Shown here: piece by piece, positions 18,021-27,061 of the stretch
Numbering within the stretch: the stretch's first letter is position 1
Layout: each line of letters opens with the position of its first letter
The notes under the pieces: model-generated
What the model was told of the DNA's origin: nothing
Databases searched by the model: none
Seen by the model: only the letters and a program-made list of their open reading frames with translations
Source of the DNA: Giardia intestinalis
Lineage: Eukaryota
Assembly: GCA_000002435.2 (NCBI GenBank)
Contig: CM018792.1
DNA length: 64,000 nt
Reading direction: 5' to 3' (one strand)
Translations under genes and position numbers: made by a program

Positions 18021-20339
18021 ATGCGCTATGCGTTCATCGACACCGGCCTTGTCGAGGAGGTCCAGCTCTCCATAAGCGTCTCGGCGGTCCCCGTCCCGGT
18101 CTGGTGCTGGGTGAGCCGCAGCCGCCGCCTGGCCGAGGAGGACCTGCGCAAGACGGCCCAGGCCATCAAGCTCGCCTTCGACGACGAGCTCGCGCTGGCG
18201 GGGAGCGCGCGCCCCGGGCTCTGGCGGGTGAAGGAGCTCGGGGCCACGGAGGCGGCCGGCAGCGTCTACGTCGGAACCCTGTGCTCGCTCCCCCGCCCGG
18301 CCCGGCCGCGCCTGCTGGGGCCCGCCCCGCCCTCCAGGGCCCCGTCCGTGCACGACCGCGTGAACGAGTTCCTCTTCAACGAGGTGCACAACTTTGACGT
18401 CGGCGCCGCCCGGGCGTTTCCCCTCTCCGAGCACCTGCAGCACAGCCCGGGGCCCCACTCGTACGCCGTCTCCCTGCTCTTCGCGGCCGGGGCATTGGGC
18501 GGGGGGCTGTACGGCGCCGCGAACAACCTGGCCCGGAGCTTCCTCGCCAGCGTCGAGGGCCACCTCCGCGGCCTCCGCCCCGGGACCGTGGCCGCGGTGA
18601 GGGACCTCGTCTCCCAGGAGATCCACCACCTTCTCTGCTCCCTCTCGCAGCTCGCGCCGCCCCGCAGCCTGCCCGCCGCCCGGCCGTCGAGCCCCCTGCA
18701 GCCCCCTCCTCTCCCGGGCGCCTTCCGCGACCTCCAGGCCGAGTACGGGGGCAGTCCGGCGCCGGGGCTCGCAGACGCCCTTGCTCCCCCCGCCCCCGCG
18801 GGCCTCGGCGCCACGCTGCTCTCCTTCGCGTCCGAGCAGGACCTGCGCTCGCACCTCCGCGCGCTGGAGCAGGACGTCGTTGCGGGCCACTACCTGAGGC
18901 TGGAGCCGGCCTCGCAGGGCATCCGGCCCCCGGGAGGCCAGGCCGCCTGCAGGTACTGCGTGCTGCGCTACACGGAGGAGCAGCACCGGGCGGCCTCGCG
19001 GCTCCTCAACGTCTACCGCAGGGAGGGCGCGCGGTTCGTGAACCTGGTCCTGAGCAACCTCTGCTGCGCCGACTTCAGGATCGCCTACCTCGGCCCGTAC
19101 CCGCTGGCCCGGCTGCTGGACGACACCGTCGCCGCGCTGCTTCCCGAGCACAGGCGGCAGCTCTTCAGGGCCCGCGCCGCCCACACGCCCCTGGACGCCG
19201 CCTACTGCACCTGCGCGGGCTCCCCCTGCACGCTCCTCCTGGAGCACAGGCCGGCGGTTTCGGCCTTCAACGTGCTCTACAGCGCGGCCCCGGACCCGCC
19301 CGGGCACACCGGCAGGCAGGCAGAGGACGGCCAGGGCGGCGCGGAGCCTTCTTCGGAGCCCGTCTCTCGTGGGAGGTCGTGCCAGCGGTGCGGCAGGCCG
19401 CTCTACGTGCCGCGGCTCCACCTCGACGCCTCGTCCCAGGTGCTCTCCGCAGACCCGGGCTCCGGCTGCCTTGCGCTGCAGCAGTTCTGCGCCGCCACGG
19501 GGAGGCCCCTCTGCGTCGTCAACCTCCTGGCCGACGACGTCGAGGGCGGCTGCTTCGTCGCCTCTCTCTCCGCGGTGCCGCACCTCCAGAGGCTCCCCGC
19601 GCCGCGCGCCGAGAAGATCCTCCCCTCGAGGCGGAGCCCCCTGCTGCTCGCCTCCGGCAGGGCGCCGGGGCTCTACTGCGACGACGGCTCTGCCTTCTAC
19701 GGCCACCTCCTCCGGCGGCTCCTGGCGGCGCCCCGCGCTGCGCGGAGGTTCGTGCTCGGCTGCCGGCTCCTGCGCCTCCAGTACTACTTTTCGTCCGTCG
19801 CGGAGCTGGGGCTGCTGGACTACCTCCGGCTCGCGGCGCAGACGCCCCCCGGCCCCTCTGCGCCGAGGAGGGCCCAGGGCCGGCTGGCGGACATCCGCTC
19901 GCTCTCCGAGCTGGCCAGCGCCCCGCCCGCCGGCCCGCTCTACCTGGCCCTCCCGATCTCGCGGGAGCGGATCGCCTCTGTCTGCGGCCTGCTGGAGCAC
20001 AGCCTCTGCAGCCTGAACGGTGCGTTCACCCTGCGAGACAGCGCGAACAGGGAGGAGCCCCTCATCCACGTCCTGCTGGCGAACGGGTTCCGGGCCGTCG
20101 GGCTCCCGGACGTCTGCCTCCCCGTCAGCGACGCGGCCAAGTGGGCGCAGATCTGCGCGGGGGCGTTCGGCGCCTCCGGGCTGTCCTGCCTGGTCCGGCT
20201 GCGGAGCAACGGCCAGGTCATCACGTCGGACCTCGTCCCGTTCGGGGCCGCGACGGTGACGAACCACCGCGTGGTCGCCGACGGGGACGAGTTCCCGCAC
20301 GCGTCGCTGGCCATGAAGTGCGGCATTCTGGGGGCATAG
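18021..20339 (+). CDS. hypothetical Ala/Arg/Leu/Pro-rich protein (772 aa) inside the GC island
   Basis: Strong codon periodicity (GC3 near 95%, GC1 about 65%, GC2 about 30%) identifies the + frame as the coding one. Non-repetitive sequence, no recognisable domain. ATG 4 nt after a NotI site. Confidence 0.5.
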   Translation: MRYAFIDTGLVEEVQLSISVSAVPVPVWCWVSRSRRLAEEDLRKTAQAIKLAFDDELALAGSARPGLWRVKELGATEAAGSVYVGTLCSLPRPARPRLLGPAPPSRAPSVHDRVNEFLFNEVHNFDVGAARAFPLSEHLQHSPGPHSYAVSLLFAAGALGGGLYGAANNLARSFLASVEGHLRGLRPGTVAAVRDLVSQEIHHLLCSLSQLAPPRSLPAARPSSPLQPPPLPGAFRDLQAEYGGSPAPGLADALAPPAPAGLGATLLSFASEQDLRSHLRALEQDVVAGHYLRLEPASQGIRPPGGQAACRYCVLRYTEEQHRAASRLLNVYRREGARFVNLVLSNLCCADFRIAYLGPYPLARLLDDTVAALLPEHRRQLFRARAAHTPLDAAYCTCAGSPCTLLLEHRPAVSAFNVLYSAAPDPPGHTGRQAEDGQGGAEPSSEPVSRGRSCQRCGRPLYVPRLHLDASSQVLSADPGSGCLALQQFCAATGRPLCVVNLLADDVEGGCFVASLSAVPHLQRLPAPRAEKILPSRRSPLLLASGRAPGLYCDDGSAFYGHLLRRLLAAPRAARRFVLGCRLLRLQYYFSSVAELGLLDYLRLAAQTPPGPSAPRRAQGRLADIRSLSELASAPPAGPLYLALPISRERIASVCGLLEHSLCSLNGAFTLRDSANREEPLIHVLLANGFRAVGLPDVCLPVSDAAKWAQICAGAFGASGLSCLVRLRSNGQVITSDLVPFGAATVTNHRVVADGDEFPHASLAMKCGILGA

Positions 20340-20351
20340 GCCCTCCTTAAA

Positions 20352-21926
20352 ATGTCCGCGGGCCCCGCCGGTGCCGCCCTCTCCCCGCCGGCCGTGCCAG
20401 GGGACGGGGCGCACGCGCTGTACGCCGCCCGGGTCCGTAAATGCATGCTGAGTGTGAACGTGCGCCTCGAGCAGAGGACCTTTCTGGCGTTCTTCGGGCT
20501 GGCGGCCCGCACCCTGGAGCTCACGGGGGACCCGGACGTCCTGGCCGACACCATCCAGAGGAGCCTGTGCGTCGAGGAGGGGCGGGCCGCGGCGCTGGGG
20601 GACGGCGTGGCGAGGGGCCGCCGGGAGGCCGAGGCCCGGGGGAGCCGCCCGCTCGACCCGAGGGAGCGCCGGCTGCTCGAGCGGTACGGGCCCGGCGGGG
20701 CTGCAGAGAAGCCGGCCTGCGAGCCGCCGCGCACCCCCCTGCCGGCCGCGGGCGCCATCGCGGGCTCCCTGGTCGAGGTCTCGCTCAGCAGCCTCGGCGC
20801 CCTCTCGTCCCTCCCGCAGTCCCACGAGGCCCACGGCACGCTCTGGGTCGTGCCCCGCGCCCCCGGGTCCGGGGACGGCCTGCTGGCAGACCTCGCGGTC
20901 TTCGCCGAGGGCGTCTCCCTCTCCGAGTTCGTCCTCGGGGAGGGCGCGCGGGCGCTGCGGGGCTATGCGGCCCGCTTCCCCACCGCCCATGCCGCGTGCC
21001 TCTGCGCCTACTCCGTCTGCCAGCGGAACTTCCTCGTGGGGCCGGCCCTCCGGCGCAGCAGCGTCTACGCATACGCAGAGGCCCCCGGGCGCGACCTCCG
21101 CACGCTGTCGGAGCGCGTGGACGGGACGCCCGCCGTGAGCGACGTCGAGCTCTCCGGCTCCTCCGATGGGACGGGAGAGCCTCCAGACGAGCCGCCCATC
21201 AAGAGGGCCCAGCGGCGCGTCGTGCTCAACACCGACGTCGGGACCACGAGGACCAAGGCCCGGGCGGGCGCGTCCTTCGGCGACCCGGCCTGCGTCGTGC
21301 GGCTCACAGGCATCCCCGACGCGTACCGGGGGGCCGGCTTCCGGGGGCTGGGGGTCCTGAAGGGGAAGACGCCCCCGGACCGCGTCCTGCACGGCGAGGA
21401 GGCCGGGGAGTACGTGATGTACATCGGCTTCAGGCACGCCGCGCCCCTGCAGAAGTTCGCCGAGGCCTGCAGAAGGGCCCGCGACCGGGGCGTCGGGATC
21501 CGGGCCGTCCAGGGGCGCGTGCCCGGCGACTGCTCCGGCCTCGCGGCCCTCGACCCCGGGGACGTCTGGTGCGGCGCCGGGGGCCCTGCAGAGGCGGCCC
21601 AGGGCCCCGTCGTGGAGGTCGCCCACCTGCCCGAGGCCTACCGAGATCTCGGGCGGCGCGAGGGCTTCTGGTGCGGCGAGGACCGCCCGCTGCTGTGGTG
21701 GAACCTGCTGAGCCGGGTCGTGCAGAACGAGGGGGGCGGGGGGACCCTCTACTTCTGCTTCAAGTACCGGGAGGGCAAGGAGGCCAGCTCCGCCAAGTGG
21801 TTCAGGAAGCGCCTGGCCAGCGCGCTGCGCGAGGAGGGCGTGAGCGGCGTATCTGTCGCCGTCCTCGACCGCGTGCCCCCCGGGCTCGAGGGCCGCGACG
21901 TGGAGCTCCCCGCTCCCAGGCAATAG
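20352..21926 (+). CDS. hypothetical Ala/Arg/Gly-rich protein (524 aa) inside the GC island, in frame with the preceding ORF
   Basis: Same periodicity pattern. Starts at CCTTAAAATG 12 nt after the TAG of the upstream ORF and in the same reading frame. The stop is followed 4 nt later by a NotI site. Confidence 0.5.
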   Translation: MSAGPAGAALSPPAVPGDGAHALYAARVRKCMLSVNVRLEQRTFLAFFGLAARTLELTGDPDVLADTIQRSLCVEEGRAAALGDGVARGRREAEARGSRPLDPRERRLLERYGPGGAAEKPACEPPRTPLPAAGAIAGSLVEVSLSSLGALSSLPQSHEAHGTLWVVPRAPGSGDGLLADLAVFAEGVSLSEFVLGEGARALRGYAARFPTAHAACLCAYSVCQRNFLVGPALRRSSVYAYAEAPGRDLRTLSERVDGTPAVSDVELSGSSDGTGEPPDEPPIKRAQRRVVLNTDVGTTRTKARAGASFGDPACVVRLTGIPDAYRGAGFRGLGVLKGKTPPDRVLHGEEAGEYVMYIGFRHAAPLQKFAEACRRARDRGVGIRAVQGRVPGDCSGLAALDPGDVWCGAGGPAEAAQGPVVEVAHLPEAYRDLGRREGFWCGEDRPLLWWNLLSRVVQNEGGGGTLYFCFKYREGKEASSAKWFRKRLASALREEGVSGVSVAVLDRVPPGLEGRDVELPAPRQ

Positions 21927-23273
21927 GTCTGCGGCCGCGAGCAGGACCCGCTGATGGCAATTTACTACCTAGGCCCGCAGGCGCTCGAGCCGACCGCAGA
22001 GTGCCAGCCCACCGGAGCACGGCGTGAAGCAGGTGGAGACGACAGAGGATCCTTCAAGACGCTTGATCTGCCGCAAACCGAAAACTCAATATGCTCCTGC
22101 AAGCTTCTGATAGCAATGTCTAGTTGCTTTAATACTGGCAATGCTTGACATGCTCTTTATGGTACAGGCTCCTTCGAGCTGAAAAGAGGATGCTAAACCT
22201 CTCAGTTTCTTCCTAGCAAAACAATCCGTAACAGTGACAAAGGTGTTGTACACGAGTACGGAATAACATATAATGGAACTCGCTACGGGTGCCTGAAGGA
22301 CTGTGCAGTGTTTAATGATGGGATATGGCTCCTGCAACCGTGACTTCTACCCGGAAGAGGGGGTACAAAACACATCGCGAGGCGAGCCCTGAGCTCGCTC
22401 TCTCAATAGGAGCCATCTGGCATCCTCATCGTCAGCACCGTGACAGTTGTCTTAGTCTAGCTTTTCGTTTTCGAAAGAGAGCTGAGCATCTATGGCTCTG
22501 TGGTTACTTGTATAAAGGTTTTAAAAAGTTGGTGACTGCAAATTAAGAAGTGCGATTATGGCTGTGGTTTTATAGATGTAAGTGAGCCTTATAATGTCTT
22601 TTATCCTAATAAAGTTCTGTGTGAGACTCCAGCACTATTCTGGGTAGTCAGTATGTCACTAGAGTGTTTTACATTGTTACGATTGTTATGCTTATGATCA
22701 GCACCATTGTCTTAGACAACGTCTTAAGGACTCTGAACTATACTGCTGCACTGTCATGGAGCCAGAAACATACTAGAGCAAACAAGAAGTAAGTAAAGGG
22801 GGACATTGAGTTTAGAGGCCATGCAATTGTAAGTGTTATTTCCTGCTCACTGAACGTGCACTGATAAACTAAACCACAACCCGTAGAGCAGACGAAACTG
22901 ATATCACTCTATCCACTAGATTAATTGTCTCGGACACCATCTCGATCTGCTTGTAGAGTAACATTTTGTGGCACGATAGCTCATTAAAGAGTGCATGGTA
23001 CATTTGTTAGATATGCATTCAAATAAAACACTAAAAGCATCTGCAAGATTAAAATGTGCTAATACTTTGGTCCCTTGTGAGAGCTCGTTTTTAATTCACC
23101 GATCAAGACCCAGATAAGCGAGAAACATATGAGCCTAAAAAATAAACTTGGGACGTTCTGTTCCCCTCTTTTCCTCCTCCAAGTTCTTTATCTCAGGTCA
23201 GATCCCAATTCTATAGCAATACCTATCTATACATCTGTACAGATAAATCATTTCGCTGTTCCTTTAAGACTGG

Positions 23274-24404
23274 ATGGCTGAATTTACGGAGATAATGGAT
23301 CTGCAACGTTGCGTTGAGGCATTTGGCAACGAGTTGGCCTCACCAATAAATCCTCTCACCTTCAAAAGCTTTCAAGGAGCCTTGCTTCTTAGTTATGCGT
23401 TTACTTGCTCGGCCAATTTCATTCCAGCTTGTACTCCTTCCCAGGGGGAATGCTCTCTGCCCTGGGCTGTTGTTATGCTGTTTTATAGCTGTGTCGAGAC
23501 ATCCACTATGTACTTAAACCGTGTACACAGCTTCTTTATCCAATACTTTCGAGACACTCGGGCCTTTTACGAGCTTGACATTAAGCATGATCCCTCGATC
23601 TATTTACAGTTTACAAACATATACCGAGGCGCCCGTGAATCCAAATATCTCACAGAGTTGCATCGGTATATAGAAGCCATTCAAGAGGACGAGGCGTGGA
23701 ATGACCTTTTGTTTCAAATATCATACACACCGTCCACGTCAATCCCCTGCTGCTACTTTGTTTTTGCTCTAGGCTGTCTTTGGGAATCCATAGCCGTTAA
23801 TGTGCACACCATTCTTCCGTTTTCAAATATGAAAGTAATCGATCTCAGGGTACACGGAGAACGGGATCTGTTATTGGCCAAGAGTATGCTTCAGACACCA
23901 CCAGGCGGACTCCAGGAAGACTTCGCGTACGGGCAAGAAGAACCATACAACCCCCTATTGCAAGCATGCCCCCTCCTGTTCTTGAAGGAGGGTGACGTAA
24001 AAACTCCACGCATCATTCAATTACTCACCGTAGTGCTCAAAATGATTAACCAGTTCGCACCTGCCCTGAGCCTTCATCGCAGAATAAACCGGTGTATCTT
24101 CAGACTAAGCTCCCTCAAGAAATTTCTACACGACAGCTATGAGCTATGCATAAGCGATACTTTTAGGCGCAAAATGGAAGTAAAGTTCGGCCTCTGTATC
24201 AACGCGGTGGAAAGCAGGAATCAAAAGAGATCAAAGTCTAATCGTCACAATGCAACAACCCACAAGTGGATAGGCAGTGCTCTCAAGACAGACATATACA
24301 AGAACCACTTGGAGTACCTCCCAGAGCTAGAGCGATTCATTACTGATGATTCGTGCGGACCTGCCTCGGTGCCGTCAAATCTCAGTTATAGCGAAGAAAC
24401 ATGA
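23274..24404 (+). CDS. hypothetical protein (376 aa)
   Basis: ATG-initiated ORF after a 1.35-kb ORF-free spacer; its 3' end overlaps the convergent gene by 19 bp. Confidence 0.5.
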   Translation: MAEFTEIMDLQRCVEAFGNELASPINPLTFKSFQGALLLSYAFTCSANFIPACTPSQGECSLPWAVVMLFYSCVETSTMYLNRVHSFFIQYFRDTRAFYELDIKHDPSIYLQFTNIYRGARESKYLTELHRYIEAIQEDEAWNDLLFQISYTPSTSIPCCYFVFALGCLWESIAVNVHTILPFSNMKVIDLRVHGERDLLLAKSMLQTPPGGLQEDFAYGQEEPYNPLLQACPLLFLKEGDVKTPRIIQLLTVVLKMINQFAPALSLHRRINRCIFRLSSLKKFLHDSYELCISDTFRRKMEVKFGLCINAVESRNQKRSKSNRHNATTHKWIGSALKTDIYKNHLEYLPELERFITDDSCGPASVPSNLSYSEET

Positions 24405-25705
24405 CTTGCATCCAGGTTCCATCTTTTGGCAAACGCAGAATTATACTCTATTTTAGCTATAAAGTACGGCTGTCCACTTTGAAGTAGCATTCTGTCTTTG
24501 GAGCGCCTGGACTTAAACTGATTAGCCTCCACTGCAATGTACACTAGAGTGCTTTCGATCCATTTGAGAGAATTGGCGCAGTATCTGGAGGTACATATAC
24601 GCAGATTGTTTTCACAGTCCTCTCTTGTGATCTCATTGGTTAGCGCACTTAGGATGAAATTCTTGTGCACAGAGGGTACAGAAGATATGCGAATTTCTGA
24701 GGGAGATAAGATGTTCAATGCTCTATGGTTTATAGTGGGCAGATGCATAGTGCTTGCTGTTTCTGGCAAACCCTTTTGCTTTAGGTTATCGAAAAGTTGC
24801 AAACAGGACACGCCTCCAGCTTCCTTTGCCTGAGCATCCAATTTCCGTGTGGCCCAATTAGAGATTGTCCGGTAGCAATTGATATTTATCTTGCTTAGAG
24901 CGTTGCATGTATTCAATACGTGATTTCTCATTACATCGTGGATCATCACACTGCTAGTCCTGCTCATGTGTATTCCCACACGGGACATCTCTAGAGTCCG
25001 CATTGCGGTGGCTGCCAAGCTCCCGGCAACGACACCATTAAACGCCATATGTTCGATTGCCACATAGTACTTACCATCCTCTGGAGATTGCTGGCGTGCT
25101 CCACAGAGAATTACGTGTACAAAGAGGGCCCCAGGTATGGATGAGGGAAGACTCAAGCACTGCACCTCATCGGTGTTACTGATGGGAAAGGGGTCGGATT
25201 CATAGACATACCCGTTCTTCAGAAGAGGGGTGAACGACATATATAGCTTGACAAACTTAGGTGGATATGTGGGCGACCCTATGTGACTGGTTATCCGCTT
25301 GAGCTTAATGTATATGTGCCAAAGATAAGAGAGAGGAGGACATAGGGAGACTGTGAACAGTAAGATTCCTGTTGGCGTATCCATCGGTGAGGATATGAAG
25401 TACTTATCTGGACTGCTCAAAAGAACATACTCGACTTTGCTGTGCTTGGAAGACTTTGATTTTAGTGGGGAATAGATGCTCTTGGCAACGTTTTGCATGC
25501 TTCCTGCGTTCAACAGAAGACCGGAGATATTTGATATCGTGTCTAGATATTGCTCTGGGGCTACGATGGGGGCGGGCTCATCGGGCAAGTAGCAGAACCC
25601 ACCCTTCGTATAAGCCAGAAGCTTGCCTAGATATGCCAGTGCAACCTGGTGAGGGTGCTGCTGGCTGATTGTGCGGTACTGGTAGAGAAGGGGGTCAGCA
25701 GACAT
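24386..25705 (-). CDS. hypothetical protein (439 aa)
   Basis: ATG confirmed at complement 25703-25705; no motif recognised. Confidence 0.5.
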   Translation of the reverse strand: MSADPLLYQYRTISQQHPHQVALAYLGKLLAYTKGGFCYLPDEPAPIVAPEQYLDTISNISGLLLNAGSMQNVAKSIYSPLKSKSSKHSKVEYVLLSSPDKYFISSPMDTPTGILLFTVSLCPPLSYLWHIYIKLKRITSHIGSPTYPPKFVKLYMSFTPLLKNGYVYESDPFPISNTDEVQCLSLPSSIPGALFVHVILCGARQQSPEDGKYYVAIEHMAFNGVVAGSLAATAMRTLEMSRVGIHMSRTSSVMIHDVMRNHVLNTCNALSKININCYRTISNWATRKLDAQAKEAGGVSCLQLFDNLKQKGLPETASTMHLPTINHRALNILSPSEIRISSVPSVHKNFILSALTNEITREDCENNLRICTSRYCANSLKWIESTLVYIAVEANQFKSRRSKDRMLLQSGQPYFIAKIEYNSAFAKRWNLDASHVSSL

Positions 25706-25784
25706 GGCTTTTTTATTTACAGAGAAAAAGTAAACACCTTTTCCTCACAGACTGTGGACCCATCGACCCGCAGCACTCCACACA

Positions 25785-26306
25785 TCACTGCAAGTTTAGC
25801 TCATCGGTTCTATTTTCAATCTTTTCAGAAATGGTATCCAGAGTCTCTCGAAGAATGGCAGAGAACTCTCTGCTCAGCTGATCAAGTCTGTTTTTCAGGT
25901 CTAGTATCTCATTATCCTTACGCTGGATAAGCTCGTCCCGCTCTCGTAGGTCCGACTCTAACTGAATCTTCTCCTTGGCATTTTGCGCACGGACAACTTC
26001 TATCCCCCTTTCCCTATCGATAATGTCCTTAAGAAGCTCGTCCTGCATGCTTTTAAACTGACGAGTCATGTCTACAGCAACGTCGTGTCTGTCTGCACGC
26101 TCACGCTCTATGTCCGAGGAGAGCTGTTTCACCTGAGCTTCAAATATCCTTATTTCAGATATTAATCGTGCGTTTTCCTCTGTCTTCATTAGAATCTCTC
26201 GTTCCAAAGATTCAATGCGTGCAGCAGCTTGCTTAAGCTTTTCTTGCAGCTCAAACTCCTCCGCCTCTTGCTTCTTCTTGTCTCCTGCCCCAGATTTCGG
26301 TGGCAT
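25785..26306 (-). CDS. small coiled-coil protein (173 aa)
   Basis: Heptad-rich, highly charged sequence (EELQEKLKQAAARIESLEREILMKTEENARL...); ATG at complement 26304-26306. Confidence 0.5.
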   Translation of the reverse strand: MPPKSGAGDKKKQEAEEFELQEKLKQAAARIESLEREILMKTEENARLISEIRIFEAQVKQLSSDIERERADRHDVAVDMTRQFKSMQDELLKDIIDRERGIEVVRAQNAKEKIQLESDLRERDELIQRKDNEILDLKNRLDQLSREFSAILRETLDTISEKIENRTDELNLQ

Positions 26307-26315
26307 TTTTTACTT

Positions 26316-26921
26316 ATGGAGACTACCGATTTAGCTCCCGCAAGTGACAGCTTTACCACAGCATATTTTGAGGGCCAGGATACCCTTGTTACTGTGTCCA
26401 TGCGAGGGACTATTCGCGAGACCATCAATCTTCTAAACCTTCAGATACACGGGCTTCATTGCTATCGAAGCGCAGAGGTTCCACTCTACCTTGCTCTGCA
26501 GCTCTTTGATACACAGCAGGCTACAATATGCATGCCAGAGTGGTTGAAACTGGATAGAACGCGCACTTATATCAATAATGAGATGGAGAACCCTGGTCTC
26601 CAGGAGTTACAGCCACACTTCTTTGAGGTTTCGAGAAGACTGCTTATAGTATTTCGAGAGCACCCCGACGAGCATGCATCTGCTGACCTTTCGGGAAGCG
26701 CCACACTGCTGGCAATTGAGTTCAATCTCAACAATCTCTTTGATATCCGTCGGCAGAAACTGAAGGACATCATCGACACAGCCATAGGAAACCGTCTGGC
26801 TCCAAATCTTACTAATGCCACCAAGTTCGAGCTGATTGGCTTAAACACTTACAAACAATTCTCAGACAGTTTCTCGGAAATTCACCACTTGTCCCTCTAT
26901 GACTCTGCAAACAGTGCCTAG
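26316..26921 (+). CDS. PSF2: GINS complex subunit Psf2
   Basis: EVPLYLALQLFDTQQATICMPEWL aligns with Psf2 [24 protein letters not shown]. The track ORF (26229) is extended upstream; ATG (METTDL) at 26316. Confidence 0.6.
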   Translation: METTDLAPASDSFTTAYFEGQDTLVTVSMRGTIRETINLLNLQIHGLHCYRSAEVPLYLALQLFDTQQATICMPEWLKLDRTRTYINNEMENPGLQELQPHFFEVSRRLLIVFREHPDEHASADLSGSATLLAIEFNLNNLFDIRRQKLKDIIDTAIGNRLAPNLTNATKFELIGLNTYKQFSDSFSEIHHLSLYDSANSA

Positions 26922-27061
26922 CCGTGTAGCCCTGATGCTACTTTGATTATACCAGCCCTGCTCTGTGTTTACTTGTTCTAAGTGCCGTGCGCACACTGAG
27001 AAAGACCTTGGCCCAAAGCTGTAACTTCAGCCCTAGCTCGCACCCCCGTGTCACCCCCGTA

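Larger units (their letters stand above)
16900..22050. other. Extremely GC-rich compositional island (by eye above 70% GC, against about 48% elsewhere)
   Basis: CpG-dense sequence with open reading frames in all six frames. Spans the 3' third of the HCMP gene, a 235-bp spacer and two + strand ORFs. GC rises gradually from about 16400 and drops abruptly near 22050. Confidence 0.85.

Noticed and set aside
17814-21923. 1369-aa minus-strand ORF spanning the entire GC island, and the 528-aa + frame-1 ORF 20441-22027 with other overlapping long ORFs there
   Set aside because: These are artifacts of composition. In the antisense frame, codon position 1 is the complement of the sense third position (about 95% G/C), so T-initial stop codons almost never occur. 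The ORF even runs across the inter-ORF gap and spacer. The predicted products are Gly/Arg/Pro/Ala low-complexity and lack the GC3 > GC1 > GC2 periodicity that the + frame-0 ORFs show.
16900-22050. GC-rich island as rDNA (rDNA in this lineage is also very GC-rich) or as a bacterial/viral contaminant contig
   Set aside because: Strong triplet periodicity with GC3 saturation indicates protein-coding sequence, not rRNA. The GC rise begins within an uninterrupted lineage-specific HCMP reading frame that ends with its normal TM/CRGK tail. This argues against chimeric assembly. HGT of the two ORFs themselves remains possible.
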